Of a stretch of 64,000 bases of DNA, positions 8,328 to 18,313 are shown in pieces. How positions within the stretch are numbered: the first letter of the stretch is position 1; every line of letters starts with the position of its first letter. The position numbers and the translations under genes were made by a program. This DNA is from a virus (Duplodnaviria; Caudoviricetes). Below the pieces are notes generated by a model. The model was not told where the DNA came from and ran no database searches. It saw nothing but the letters and a program-made list of their open reading frames with translations. Where the stretch lies: positions 30,039-94,038 of IMG/VR virus record IMGVR_UViG_3300025191_000001. One strand, given 5' to 3'.

Positions 8328-10789
8328 TGCACTACATAGTAATTATCTCCTTTTTTAAATCCGCCATTCAAATCTATAACAAACTTAGGGGGTTCCTCAT
8401 TAGGGAAGTGTTTAGGGTTCTTAAGATGATACTTATATATTTGATCCGCTGACCATGTGTAAGCATCCCCCGCCAGAGTCCCTGCGGTGTCCTCGTACCC
8501 ATTAGTGACCTCTAAAAGTAGCTCATCGTGAAAACTGCCCACTACCTTAACTTCCTTCTCTATTCCTCTTTTTTTCAAGTCTTTATAAAGTTTAACCGTT
8601 GCTAATTTCTGAGCTAATGCTTCAAACCCTTGGTCGATAGTATTAAAACTCTTATGACTACTATTATTCCATAGCCAATAACCAAACGCAAGGGGTAACA
8701 TGAAACCCCCTCCATACTTATAAGTTTGCTCGTAGTATTTCAGAACATCTATTACTGTATCCAAACCCATTTGTTCTAAGAACTGATTTTTCATCTTATT
8801 ACCTTGGTTCTCTGGTACACCCACCATCTTAGCAAGTTTAGACCCTGAACAACCAAATATCACTCCAAAACTGGCACCTTTGCTTTTCTTACGGGCAAGC
8901 ATAATAGATTTTATAAGAGGTTTCTTTTGAGTTTTAACTGCTAACTTCCAATCATCCTCCGAGGTTAGTCCAAACATCCTAGCGTTAACGCAGTGTGCAG
9001 ACTCTCCTACATATAATCCTTTTTCCTCATCCTCTGCTATACCTGCTGCTACATTGTAATAGTAAGCTTCGTTATTAGCGTAATATGCAGCGATTGATAA
9101 CTGAGCCGACTTCATATCAATACCTACAAGCGTTTTACCCTCTTCCGCTATAAAACACTCTCTTATCTCTTTTCCATAAAGTGCGGACTCTGAAGGTACA
9201 TTAACTACAATACGTTGTGCCCCTCTACCACTCCTCGTAGCAAAGTTATTCACTCCAGCAGGAATCCTACCATCTTCCCTTACATAACTTAGGATACCTT
9301 TGTTCTCAGGGTCTTTAAAGTTCTCTAAGAAGTTACGTCTATGTTTGTATGTATTATACTCAGCTATCTTCTTACCTAACCCTTCTGGTAATTGCTCATA
9401 ATCGTCATCCGTTAACTTAGGACTTGATACGAGATACTCTCCTTTCTTAACAACCTTAACCAACTGGTTATCGTAATGAGCTTTACGAGGCCATCTCACC
9501 TCTGTATTCTCTTCTACTTTAATGTAATTATCATTTACATCAGTTTTTAGATTCCACTCCTCCGCTTCTTTCCACCCAAGTTTAATTAGAAACCCTTTTA
9601 CAACTTCATGCTGTGTCAGTTTAGAAGGTTCAATGCTAATCCTTGTGAAAGCTCCGCAAACTATATCAGTGTCTTCTGGTTCTAAATCAAAATGGTTGCA
9701 TGTATTCTGATTTAATACTTTCGTCTCCCATTCTTCTTTATATATATTCCATCCTTTAGTGTGACCATGCTTACGTTTAATAACGTCAGTGACCTCTTTC
9801 TTAGTGTCAAAAGAAGGTACTCTGCCTAGAGTAGGATGTTCAGCTTTCCATGCTTTATGTTTCTCAGTGTTATAATATTTAACAGTGGGTTTATGAAAAG
9901 GTTTCTCGATGACATCTACAACCTCCCCATCTTTCTTCTTCTTAATCCACTTCTCTCTAACCCTACTAGAGTCAAAACCGAACAACTCAGACATTTCTCT
10001 TCGACTTACTTTAGGAGTAGAACCTTTAATAGTAGGTGGTAATTGAGGTTCGATTTCTTTACGTAGTACCTCTAATTTTTCATCTAAGTCTTTTATACAA
10101 CGCCTAGCATGTTCAATGTCAATCTTAACCCCGTTCTGTTCTTGACGGAAGCACTCAATAGCATACTGCCCCTCAATATCTAATGCTACAGAGAAATCTA
10201 CACCGTAACGTTCCTTTAAAAGAGAAGCCTCTTTATCTAGCATTAGATAACAACTAGCTTGTATTTTACAATCCTCTACAACCCTGTGCATCTTGAAAGC
10301 GTCTATTGTAGTCCAGTCTGTAATCTCAGGCTTATTAACACCGCACTTAATACCGTAAGCTTTAAGACCATGCGGGCTTTTAGCACCTTTAGGGGTAGGA
10401 CGTTCAAACCATTGCACTTTAGACTGTACAAACGTGTCGTGGTAGTCCTTACGTTTGATAGTGTTATCTTTCCATATCTTATCAATTACGTGTTTATCGT
10501 AACCATACGTATTATGGATAATTAGTTTACTACCATTAGCAACTGCTTTCTCCCAGAACTTAATTCCCTCATCCAATGTACCTACTCTAGCGGGTATTGT
10601 ATAAGTTTTATGGTCATAAGGGTCTACTACTTCTACATTATCAAACTCAGGGTGATCGTGAAACAGTAATACCTCCTCTGTCTCTATATCAATAGAACAA
10701 AGACAATGTATATCTTTCTTAGTATGAACTTTGTCATAGAAGCCCACTGCCTCAATATCTGAGGCAAGTAGTCTATTTTTATACTCCAT
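8324..10789 (-). CDS. DNA polymerase, family A, with 3'-5' exonuclease domain
   Basis: SDIEA exo I, HNTYGYD exo II, TRSGR, DMKSAQL motif A, RKKSKGASFGVIFG motif B, FHDE motif C. Confidence 0.95.
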   Translation of the reverse strand: MEYKNRLLASDIEAVGFYDKVHTKKDIHCLCSIDIETEEVLLFHDHPEFDNVEVVDPYDHKTYTIPARVGTLDEGIKFWEKAVANGSKLIIHNTYGYDKHVIDKIWKDNTIKRKDYHDTFVQSKVQWFERPTPKGAKSPHGLKAYGIKCGVNKPEITDWTTIDAFKMHRVVEDCKIQASCYLMLDKEASLLKERYGVDFSVALDIEGQYAIECFRQEQNGVKIDIEHARRCIKDLDEKLEVLRKEIEPQLPPTIKGSTPKVSRREMSELFGFDSSRVREKWIKKKKDGEVVDVIEKPFHKPTVKYYNTEKHKAWKAEHPTLGRVPSFDTKKEVTDVIKRKHGHTKGWNIYKEEWETKVLNQNTCNHFDLEPEDTDIVCGAFTRISIEPSKLTQHEVVKGFLIKLGWKEAEEWNLKTDVNDNYIKVEENTEVRWPRKAHYDNQLVKVVKKGEYLVSSPKLTDDDYEQLPEGLGKKIAEYNTYKHRRNFLENFKDPENKGILSYVREDGRIPAGVNNFATRSGRGAQRIVVNVPSESALYGKEIRECFIAEEGKTLVGIDMKSAQLSIAAYYANNEAYYYNVAAGIAEDEEKGLYVGESAHCVNARMFGLTSEDDWKLAVKTQKKPLIKSIMLARKKSKGASFGVIFGCSGSKLAKMVGVPENQGNKMKNQFLEQMGLDTVIDVLKYYEQTYKYGGGFMLPLAFGYWLWNNSSHKSFNTIDQGFEALAQKLATVKLYKDLKKRGIEKEVKVVGSFHDELLLEVTNGYEDTAGTLAGDAYTWSADQIYKYHLKNPKHFPNEEPPKFVIDLNGGFKKGDNYYVVH

Positions 10790-13771
10790 TTATTCTTCTC
10801 CTTCAAAAGGGTTAATGTCCTCCTCCACATTATCAGGTTCAAATGGAGGTTTATCTTCGTCTATGTTAGCAGGTTTTTTAGGTTTAGTCAGTTTCTTTTT
10901 ACTACTAGTTTCTTTTTTACTAGTAGGGTCTCCTTCAAAGTAATCTATCAGGTCATGTAGCTCTCTAGTTTTAAAGTCATAATAAAGGTCTGTAGCGTGT
11001 CCTGTGACACCCCCCCTGCATTTAGGCATATCAACTATAGTGGTATTACGCTCTACTGGGTCTTCTGCCATCTTATCCCTATTAAAGACAATATTTATAT
11101 GAGCAGATTGTACAAAACTACTAGAACCTATCGCATCATACTCTGTAGCTTTTCTTTGCTTTCCTTGTCCGTCAGCAGGAGGTTTCCTTGTGTGAAGTAC
11201 ATTAACAATAATGATACCTCTTTTTACCATTAACTTCTGCCACATCATATGCTTCTCTTGGTCAGAGTTATCAAGGGAGCGTAGTAAATCGCTTAATACA
11301 TCAATTACTATAACCTTACATCCATGCTGTTTAACCATTTGCTCTATCTGCTTCTCTACTACAGTGATTTTACCCTCACGTTCATCTACAATGTTAAAAC
11401 GAGGTACACCATACTCTGTACTAAATAAGTCTTCATACTTGTCCTTAATTTCAGGGCTATCGAGTAATTGAAGTACTTCCCCCCCTTCAGGTATAGCTTG
11501 TAAGTTAATACCTAAGTGCATAGATAACATATCAAGTGCATACTCTGCGGAAGTTGACTCTAAGGAAACTACCCCCGTCTTAGCAATATCAAGACAGTCC
11601 ATGATCCAATGATATACCATAGAATTTACAAGAGTCGTATTATGAGTAACTGTGCCGTCACCTAAACAAAATCTTTTATTACCATCGATCTGAAAACCGT
11701 AATATTGCCCCTTTCCTAAGCTTTCTACCTCAATGGATGTTCTTATAGGGTCTCTTCCACTTGTCCTATCTTTAGCGATTTTTCGTCCTACCTTCAAATT
11801 AAGTTTAGACATATCTCCAGACAAAAACATTCGCAAGTACTCGCCTTTGAAGTCATTTTGACAATTTTTTTCTACCACATTAGCCGTTACCCTAAAACCT
11901 AAACTCCTTGCTAACTTTAACGCATCCTCCGCCAGTTGGTTATTTTTTAGAGTTAGTTCATAGGAAACACCGTTGTGTAAATAGCCGTCTCCGTCTAATA
12001 AACCACTTAGCAACGCTACTCGGTCTTCGTAACAAGCTACCATATACTCTTGTGGTATATGTTTATTATTTATTAAGTTTTTATTCTTTAACCAAACTTT
12101 TAAACCCCCTTTTACGCTATAGGTAGTGCAGGTTTCTCTTAACGCTGAGGGGGATATAGTTATTTCATAATTATTATAACTACACCAATCGTACAACCAC
12201 TTTTTAAGTTCCCTATCTTTATTAGAAAAAGTGAACCTAGATGTAGCGGAATGTCCCTCTGCTAACCACAAACCCACCATATAAGGGTGTTCTACCTTAT
12301 TTCCTTTACCTAATTCCGTCATATCTGCTATGTATCCTTTAAGGGAATCCTTTTTAGTTTTACTTAGTTCTAAGTAATCCTTAATATTAATATCAACAGT
12401 TTGATTTTTGTTAAAACCAAACTTAGTGATAAAAGGTTTTAACGATAAAATATGACTCTCGTTGACAACATAGTCCATCCCTCTTTGTTGTTTTATTTTA
12501 TATAAATTTTCAAAACCTTGGCATACAGATAATATATTACGAGGGCTTCCGTCGTCGCCCATGACCTGATCACCTTTTTTAATATCTTGTACTTTTTTAA
12601 TAGTATTGTCTGCCATTAGTACTGGAGTATCCTTGCCCAAGCACTTGCCAACAGAACTATCGGCTATAATATTAACAATCCTCCCAAAACCAATGCCACC
12701 TCTCATATTTTCTTGCAGACGATGCATGAAAGGAGGTAACGTCAGTTTAGGTGTATTAAGAAAATCAGGAAGTTCCTCTATAATTTCATTAGAACCTTTA
12801 ATACCACTTGATACACAAGGTTTAGCATTGTAGAAATTACGTATAAATTGTTTATGTTTCCCTTTCTGTAGCATATCATTAGGGTCTTTACCCGACCACG
12901 TTACAATATGTACTTTCTCTGCTGGTAATACGTCTAAGCATCGTTCTATTGCCTCCTTGCCAGCTTTATCAGAGTCTAGGGCAAGGTATATGTTGTCATA
13001 GGTATCTAACCAATCGTATTGTGCTGATAGTTGTTTATAAGCACTTCCCTCCCCCGTGGTAGGAGAAACTATAGGGAATTGGTCGTACTCAGTTTGACCT
13101 CGTGACCTGTTGTATTCTGTAAACATCTCTAAAGCAGCATGGCAGTCCTCTTGCCCACCACAGACCATTACGTACTTTCCGTGACCTTTTTTCCATCGAA
13201 CTTGTCCGTATAAGTCGCTAGACATACCTGTCTTACCTAGTCTAGGTTGTTTAAAATTCTTAGGGTGTTTTCTTATAGTGTAGCCCGTAATTTTACCGTT
13301 TTCCGTCTCTGGGTAATAACGTGCTTCGACCTCTCCATTACTGTCAAGTTTTGTAAGACACCCATAGAATTTTACAAACTCATCCTTAATTCCTCTGTAC
13401 CCTTTACCTTTGTAGCCTATAGACCTAATTAAATTTTTAACTTCGTCTATAGATAAAGGTTCGGCTTTAGATGTCTTAGATAGTTTAATATTCTTAGACA
13501 CTTTACCGTTATCATCTAGACTTAAGTCATTTGCTATAGAGCTTTTACTCAACATATCATTGTCATAAACTTGGTTGCAAGACCAACAATAAGCGTCATA
13601 GTATGTACCTTCGTCTGTATCGTGTTGGTACACAGACATAGCGTCAGAACTACCACAACATTTTAAGGATGGATAATCCTCAATAATCTCATCAGATATA
13701 CAAGGGAAGTGTTGTGATATACGGTCTCCCGATGATTTACCCTCTTGTTTATTCTTTGTAATCTTCTTCAC
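10790..13771 (-). CDS. T7 gp4-like primase-helicase containing an intein
   Basis: Zn finger, TOPRIM (GQED, LDSDKAG), Walker A ADSSVGK/T, VIVID. Confidence 0.92.
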   Translation of the reverse strand: MKKITKNKQEGKSSGDRISQHFPCISDEIIEDYPSLKCCGSSDAMSVYQHDTDEGTYYDAYCWSCNQVYDNDMLSKSSIANDLSLDDNGKVSKNIKLSKTSKAEPLSIDEVKNLIRSIGYKGKGYRGIKDEFVKFYGCLTKLDSNGEVEARYYPETENGKITGYTIRKHPKNFKQPRLGKTGMSSDLYGQVRWKKGHGKYVMVCGGQEDCHAALEMFTEYNRSRGQTEYDQFPIVSPTTGEGSAYKQLSAQYDWLDTYDNIYLALDSDKAGKEAIERCLDVLPAEKVHIVTWSGKDPNDMLQKGKHKQFIRNFYNAKPCVSSGIKGSNEIIEELPDFLNTPKLTLPPFMHRLQENMRGGIGFGRIVNIIADSSVGKCLGKDTPVLMADNTIKKVQDIKKGDQVMGDDGSPRNILSVCQGFENLYKIKQQRGMDYVVNESHILSLKPFITKFGFNKNQTVDINIKDYLELSKTKKDSLKGYIADMTELGKGNKVEHPYMVGLWLAEGHSATSRFTFSNKDRELKKWLYDWCSYNNYEITISPSALRETCTTYSVKGGLKVWLKNKNLINNKHIPQEYMVACYEDRVALLSGLLDGDGYLHNGVSYELTLKNNQLAEDALKLARSLGFRVTANVVEKNCQNDFKGEYLRMFLSGDMSKLNLKVGRKIAKDRTSGRDPIRTSIEVESLGKGQYYGFQIDGNKRFCLGDGTVTHNTTLVNSMVYHWIMDCLDIAKTGVVSLESTSAEYALDMLSMHLGINLQAIPEGGEVLQLLDSPEIKDKYEDLFSTEYGVPRFNIVDEREGKITVVEKQIEQMVKQHGCKVIVIDVLSDLLRSLDNSDQEKHMMWQKLMVKRGIIIVNVLHTRKPPADGQGKQRKATEYDAIGSSSFVQSAHINIVFNRDKMAEDPVERNTTIVDMPKCRGGVTGHATDLYYDFKTRELHDLIDYFEGDPTSKKETSSKKKLTKPKKPANIDEDKPPFEPDNVEEDINPFEGEE
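11639..12643 (-). mobile_element. intein with LAGLIDADG endonuclease (335 aa) in helicase Walker A
   Basis: GK|CLGKDTPVLMAD...VNESHIL...LLSGLLDGDG...GTVTHN|TT. Confidence 0.93.
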
Positions 13772-13774
13772 ACA

Positions 13775-14080
13775 CTATCCCCCTAATTCATACATCACAT
13801 CAATCTCATTCACTCTTAGGTTATGCTCCATAGAAGTTTCTATATCGCTTAATGTCTCACTTAACTTTTTAGGATTACCAAATCCACCGTCTTCCTCTCT
13901 AACCCCTAAATCTCCCCAATCCTCTTCTCCAAACATATCCCTTTGATCACCTCGTATAAGCTCCTGTAACTGCTTCTCAAGAGACTTTAAGTATTTCTTG
14001 TCCGATACTACCTCTTTAGATTTAACATCGATAGAACGCTTTACAGAGACGATTTTGTATTCTAACTCTTGTTTAGTCAT
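13775..14080 (-). CDS. hypothetical protein
   Basis: Coupled ORF. Confidence 0.65.
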   Translation of the reverse strand: MTKQELEYKIVSVKRSIDVKSKEVVSDKKYLKSLEKQLQELIRGDQRDMFGEEDWGDLGVREEDGGFGNPKKLSETLSDIETSMEHNLRVNEIDVMYELGG

Positions 14081-14289
14081 TCTTTACTCCCCTCAATCTT
14101 CTTATTAAGATATTCCAAGTTATCTCTATTAGCCATACCCTGTGAAGACACTATATTAGCAAGGAATGCTACAAAGAGGATACCTACTAACGTTGCGTCT
14201 ACAGCATAGAACATTCCAAAGAAACAAGCTATAGCGATGTAAAAATTAATTTGATGGTAAACCTTGTTAGGTAGTATGTCTTTTTTCAT
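14077..14289 (-). CDS. small membrane protein
   Basis: Two hydrophobic segments, GGAGG RBS. Confidence 0.65.
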   Translation of the reverse strand: MKKDILPNKVYHQINFYIAIACFFGMFYAVDATLVGILFVAFLANIVSSQGMANRDNLEYLNKKIEGSKE

Positions 14290-14309
14290 AGATTACGCCT
14301 CCGTATCCT

Positions 14310-14720
14310 CTAATTTATCATCCTACGCCAACAATAATCTTCATCTTTGTTGGGGTTTTCTATATCCACCTTTTCTGAGTAGCAACCATTAGACTCTCCT
14401 AACCACCTCATATTAACATATCCCTTGCTAGTAGCTATATTGTAGAATGTCCAAGTAAAAGAATCTGGATAATCTATCCCTGTAGGATCATCTGTGTTAG
14501 TACTCTCTGTGAAAGATAAAACAGTCCCACCTTCTAGGTCTGCTTTATCTCCACAAATATCATATAAGTAAACATGTTCACAGCAATCCTGTTCATGGTG
14601 CATGATAATAACATTACCGTCATCGAACTCAAATTTAACAAGGTCACTGTCTACTTCCAAGCCTGTTACTTTAGTAATAGTTAATCCTGTCAAATCTTGT
14701 AAACAATTAATTTCTTTCAT
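14310..14720 (-). CDS. conserved phage hypothetical protein
   Basis: HEQDCCE, SFTWTFY, RWLGESNG motifs. Confidence 0.75.
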   Translation of the reverse strand: MKEINCLQDLTGLTITKVTGLEVDSDLVKFEFDDGNVIIMHHEQDCCEHVYLYDICGDKADLEGGTVLSFTESTNTDDPTGIDYPDSFTWTFYNIATSKGYVNMRWLGESNGCYSEKVDIENPNKDEDYCWRRMIN

Positions 14721-14723
14721 ACT

Positions 14724-15008
14724 TTACTCCTCCATAGATTCTATACTACGTCTAACTTTGATATTGTACTCTTTACAAAGGTAGTATGTATAGAACAAGT
14801 CTACAAGACACAAAATAAACGAGATAAAGTATAAAGCAGATACAAACATACCAAAGAAAAACAACACCACATATACAAGCCCCACTACATTGTCCTCTAG
14901 GTAAAATCTGTGAGCACCTAAGCCTCCGAATAGACCCCCTAACAAATAGGCAATAAATACATTCTTCTTACGTGAATCATATAACATCTCTTGTTGAAAA
15001 TTAGTCAT
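14724..15008 (-). CDS. TM2-domain membrane protein
   Basis: AYLLGGLFGGLGAHRFYL. Confidence 0.85.
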   Translation of the reverse strand: MTNFQQEMLYDSRKKNVFIAYLLGGLFGGLGAHRFYLEDNVVGLVYVVLFFFGMFVSALYFISFILCLVDLFYTYYLCKEYNIKVRRSIESMEE

Positions 15009-15034
15009 TAGTTTTCTCCTTAATTAAATTAATA

Positions 15035-15565
15035 TCAATCTTGCAATGGGAATGCCGAGAAAGGGCAAACCTCTACCCAATCAGGCTTAACCCTGTTAGT
15101 CCACTCTACCTTAATAGGTTTCTCTCTGTCAAGCCATTCTTTAAACTTTTCGTTTAAGTATCTCTTATAGGCCCTAGTTTGGTCGAATATCCCTAAAACT
15201 TTAAACTTCTCTGGCATTGCCATAGGGAACACTGTTAGACCAAGATTACATATATTATCAGGCATTAATCTCACTTTGTCAAGTACTGATTGTGTTTTAT
15301 GCACTTTACCTGTTCTGTAAGTGTATTCCTCACATAAAGCTGATAAGTGGTCTAGTGCCCATTGGTAATTGTCAGAACTCTTACGAATCCATACACTACA
15401 AGGGTGATTCTTATGTGTAGGTTTGTACCCTACAATATGCCCGTCTAACTCATAATGCGCTGTAGAAAGCATTTGCATCAGCTCCACAATCATCTTCCGT
15501 AAATGCACGTCACAGTGATGTTTAGCAGCTTCAACAGGGCACACGCTTGTAATGAATAGATTCAT
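15035..15565 (-). CDS. pyrimidine-dimer DNA glycosylase family (DenV-like) protein
   Basis: MNLF, KMIVE..QMLST, YKPTHKNHPCSVW, EYTYRTGKVH. Confidence 0.75.
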   Translation of the reverse strand: MNLFITSVCPVEAAKHHCDVHLRKMIVELMQMLSTAHYELDGHIVGYKPTHKNHPCSVWIRKSSDNYQWALDHLSALCEEYTYRTGKVHKTQSVLDKVRLMPDNICNLGLTVFPMAMPEKFKVLGIFDQTRAYKRYLNEKFKEWLDREKPIKVEWTNRVKPDWVEVCPFSAFPLQD

Positions 15566-15575
15566 AAACTATCTC

Positions 15576-15734
15576 CTAAATAATACCAACTTGTTTGCAG
15601 AACCATAACCCTACTATGAAAGAAAACACATAGCAAGGGATTTGAAGAATTAATTTTGACCTAGTGTTAGGTGTCTCTATGATACTTCCAATAAACAACA
15701 ACCATAACGCCAAGACTAATGCAATGTAAATCAT
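15576..15734 (-). CDS. 52-aa two-TM membrane protein (not in ORF track)
   Basis: Manual translation MIYIALVLALWLLFIGSIIETPNTRSKLILQIPCYVFSFIVGLWFCKQVGII. Confidence 0.6.
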   Translation of the reverse strand: MIYIALVLALWLLFIGSIIETPNTRSKLILQIPCYVFSFIVGLWFCKQVGII

Positions 15735-15739
15735 AATTA

Positions 15740-16117
15740 CTATCCTGCCTTAAAATATAATTCAGGTACGTCAGTCTCTTCATACCTGCTATACCCTATA
15801 AATTCGTCCTCACAAGTATCTATGTAAGGCATGATCCACTCAAAGAACTCCTCTATCTCTCCTTGATAATTCTTTATGTCACCCTTACCTAACAAAGAAT
15901 ACTGATCAGAGATACTGTCATAAGTGAGATTACCTACACAAGTACTAGGAGTGTAATAACTCCCATTCCCAAAAAGAAATCTCCACCTACGAGGTCTCCC
16001 TAGTAGGTAATGAGAATATTGTTCCTCTCCACACATAGCGAAAAGTGTACCTAGAACCTCTTTAGGTAAGTCCTTTTTTAAATCTACATTTACATAAATC
16101 TCTGTGTACATCCCCAT
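15740..16117 (-). CDS. conserved phage hypothetical protein
   Basis: MGMYTE...IKNY..EIEEF..W...FIGYSRYEE. Confidence 0.75.
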   Translation of the reverse strand: MGMYTEIYVNVDLKKDLPKEVLGTLFAMCGEEQYSHYLLGRPRRWRFLFGNGSYYTPSTCVGNLTYDSISDQYSLLGKGDIKNYQGEIEEFFEWIMPYIDTCEDEFIGYSRYEETDVPELYFKAG

Positions 16118-16128
16118 AATCCTATCTC

Positions 16129-16359
16129 CTATAAAGTTAAATTCTTAATAACAATTTTATCACCACAACAAGGGCAAGGGTATAGAGGGTGAAACTCTTG
16201 GGTGTCATACTTATCATAGTATGTAGTCTCACTGATCATTTCCTCTCCGCCATAAGGACTCTCTCTAAAGTAGTCTTCTACATCAACCTTACTAGTTATT
16301 ACATCTAAGTCTAATACACTTCCGCAGCTTTTGCAAGAAGTAAAGTTAAGATTTACCAT
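16129..16359 (-). CDS. Zn-ribbon protein
   Basis: CKSC...CPCC. Confidence 0.65.
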   Translation of the reverse strand: MVNLNFTSCKSCGSVLDLDVITSKVDVEDYFRESPYGGEEMISETTYYDKYDTQEFHPLYPCPCCGDKIVIKNLTL

Positions 16360-16369
16360 AATTACTCTC

Positions 16370-16570
16370 CTAAAATGTTGTTATTAAGATATGGTCTTCA
16401 TTAAGTTTTACCTCTATACCAGATAAATCTACAAAATACCACAAACTTTCTGAATTATCTTCAGCATTACCATCCATATCATACATACAACACTTCTCAC
16501 ATTCTTTTATGAGGCTTTCTATATTATCAGGATATTTATTTATAATAGATTCTGCTATAGAGCAATTCAT
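16370..16570 (-). CDS. hypothetical protein
   Basis: AGGAG RBS. Confidence 0.6.
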   Translation of the reverse strand: MNCSIAESIINKYPDNIESLIKECEKCCMYDMDGNAEDNSESLWYFVDLSGIEVKLNEDHILITTF

Positions 16571-16584
16571 AATTATTCTCCTAT

Positions 16585-16989
16585 TTAAATTTCTAGTGTA
16601 TTAACTAAAACCATCTTATCAACAAGTGCCATAGATTGTAAACTACTCTCTACAAGAAAATCCTGTGGGACTTCATATACTGAAATCTTAGCTACGTCTA
16701 ATTCTCTTACGTATCTTACAGCTTCTTCGTCTATATAGAACCAGTTTATGAGTTGGTCTAAAGAACTAAAACAGAAACGGTACTTAGTAATTTCATTAGA
16801 GATGCAGTAAGGAGAAAGAACAGGGTCACGCCATGGGGAGGGGTGTTTGTCTGCTAAGTACCCCTCTTTCCTAATCAGGATATTAGCTATGTAAGTACCT
16901 TGTTCCTCTAAATAGGCGCCTCTATATGCACCATTATTTCCTTTTATTATATCCCCTGTTTTGGATTCCAATCTGTAAACAAGTGGCAT
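16585..16989 (-). CDS. hypothetical protein
   Basis: VYRLE...HPSPW.D...F.S..QL..WF. Confidence 0.7.
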   Translation of the reverse strand: MPLVYRLESKTGDIIKGNNGAYRGAYLEEQGTYIANILIRKEGYLADKHPSPWRDPVLSPYCISNEITKYRFCFSSLDQLINWFYIDEEAVRYVRELDVAKISVYEVPQDFLVESSLQSMALVDKMVLVNTLEI

Positions 16990-16992
16990 AGT

Positions 16993-17283
16993 TTATTCTC
17001 CTTCCCATTGATCATGCAACACCTGTAGCATTTTTATAGTATTGCTTAAAGACTTTTTATTATCAAATAACAAGGTAACGTGGTTATCCTCAAAAGCTTC
17101 CTCGAAAGTTAGTGTCTTTTTATCTACACCCTCATTACAATAGGAAAACAAAAGACCTTTAAAACTCTCATGTCTTGCAGGGAACATCTTCATATCACCG
17201 TCACCTAAGTATAGGTGTGTGTTTATGATTGCGTTGTCTTCCTCTAATTCAAAACTGTGGAATATTCCATACTTATTGCTCAT
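16993..17283 (-). CDS. hypothetical protein
   Basis: Start reassigned to ATG after AGGAG. Confidence 0.65.
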   Translation of the reverse strand: MSNKYGIFHSFELEEDNAIINTHLYLGDGDMKMFPARHESFKGLLFSYCNEGVDKKTLTFEEAFEDNHVTLLFDNKKSLSNTIKMLQVLHDQWEGE

Positions 17284-17309
17284 AATTATTCTCCTATTTA
17301 AAATCCTCT

Positions 17310-17400
17310 CTGTAATCAATTCTAAGAGGACTTAATTCTTACCAATACCATTGTGTACCTAAAGGGTAGATCTCTTGCTAGAGAGGCTTACAGGACGTTC
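17310..17400. repeat. dispersed intergenic element, copy E3
   Basis: Reverse complement ends AGAATTAAGTCCTCTTAGAATTGATTACA, matching the end of E4. Confidence 0.7.
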
Positions 17401-17405
17401 TGTGG

Positions 17406-17675
17406 CTACATAAGTACACTAACTTTAAGTAGAAAGACTGTAGTATACTCAAGATCCCCTAGAGGGTCAATATACTTCAAAGTAACTTCAATATTTCCAT
17501 TGCTTTTTTCTTTATACTCATGTCTTGATAAGGTAAAAGCCCTACAACCAAATAAACCTAACTCCTCTAGGAATTCTGGGTCGTCCTCATTAAATATAGC
17601 TACAAAGTCCTCTACGCTCTCCGTCACTCTACCAATACAACCATCATAATACTGACACGTACTGACTAAATACAT
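17406..17675 (-). CDS. hypothetical protein, first gene of leftward operon
   Basis: AGGAG RBS, upstream promoter. Confidence 0.65.
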   Translation of the reverse strand: MYLVSTCQYYDGCIGRVTESVEDFVAIFNEDDPEFLEELGLFGCRAFTLSRHEYKEKSNGNIEVTLKYIDPLGDLEYTTVFLLKVSVLM

Positions 17676-17751
17676 AATTGTTTCTCCTAATTTTATTTAT
17701 TACGGAAGTCCACACGTCTACATGGCTTCCCTTTTCGATAACTTGTGATAT

Positions 17752-17780
17752 ACTATATACAGACATTAAGATGATGTCAA
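17752..17780 (-). promoter_or_regulatory. sigma70-type promoter for leftward operon
   Basis: TTGACA-N17-TATAGT. Confidence 0.7.
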
Positions 17781-18003
17781 CAAGGAAATTCAAATAAAAT
17801 GAAAATAATTCAAGTTGTAGATAATACATCTTCTCAAGGAACAATCTTAAAACAATTCCTTGACACAGAGTATGAATGTAGTTTAGAGTTATTCCACGTT
17901 ATCTTGTTCCTGTCGAAGTTCTATGACTTTGTTATTGATGATGGGGCTGTGGTAGTGTGTGATAAAGAATAGTTACTTTATAAGTAAAGTAGAAAAATAA
18001 TGC

Positions 18004-18031
18004 TTGACTTATAAATAAGTTGTGGTATAAT
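18004..18031 (+). promoter_or_regulatory. sigma70-type promoter
   Basis: TTGACT-N16-TATAAT with extended -10 TG. Confidence 0.7.
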
Positions 18032-18052
18032 ATATACAGAGGATAAAATCTA

Positions 18053-18292
18053 ATGGATAATTACTTAGAGAATTTAAAATTTTCACTAATTGATAAGGTA
18101 GTGGAGACTATGAAAGAACAAGGTATAACAGCTTATCGTATCGCTAAAGACAACGATATAAACGAAGCTTATCTTAGTAGAGTTTTGAATAAGAAAACAA
18201 TCACTACTATAGACCGTATATTAATCCTTGCGGATTGTATTGGGTTAAGAGTAGATGATATTATTTTTAGATTAGAGGTTGACAACAAGTAA
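18053..18292 (+). CDS. XRE/Cro-type HTH protein
   Basis: MKEQGITAYRIAKDNDINEAYLSRVLN. Confidence 0.8.
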   Translation: MDNYLENLKFSLIDKVVETMKEQGITAYRIAKDNDINEAYLSRVLNKKTITTIDRILILADCIGLRVDDIIFRLEVDNK

Positions 18293-18307
18293 TCTATATG
18301 TTTTAAT
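18279..18307 (+). promoter_or_regulatory. promoter upstream of structured element A
   Basis: TTGACA-N17-TTTAAT with TG extension. Confidence 0.55.
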
Positions 18308-18313
18308 GTAAGA

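Noticed and set aside
17644-17844. ORF-track 66-aa ORF
   Set aside because: Overlaps a promoter and leader hairpin; no RBS
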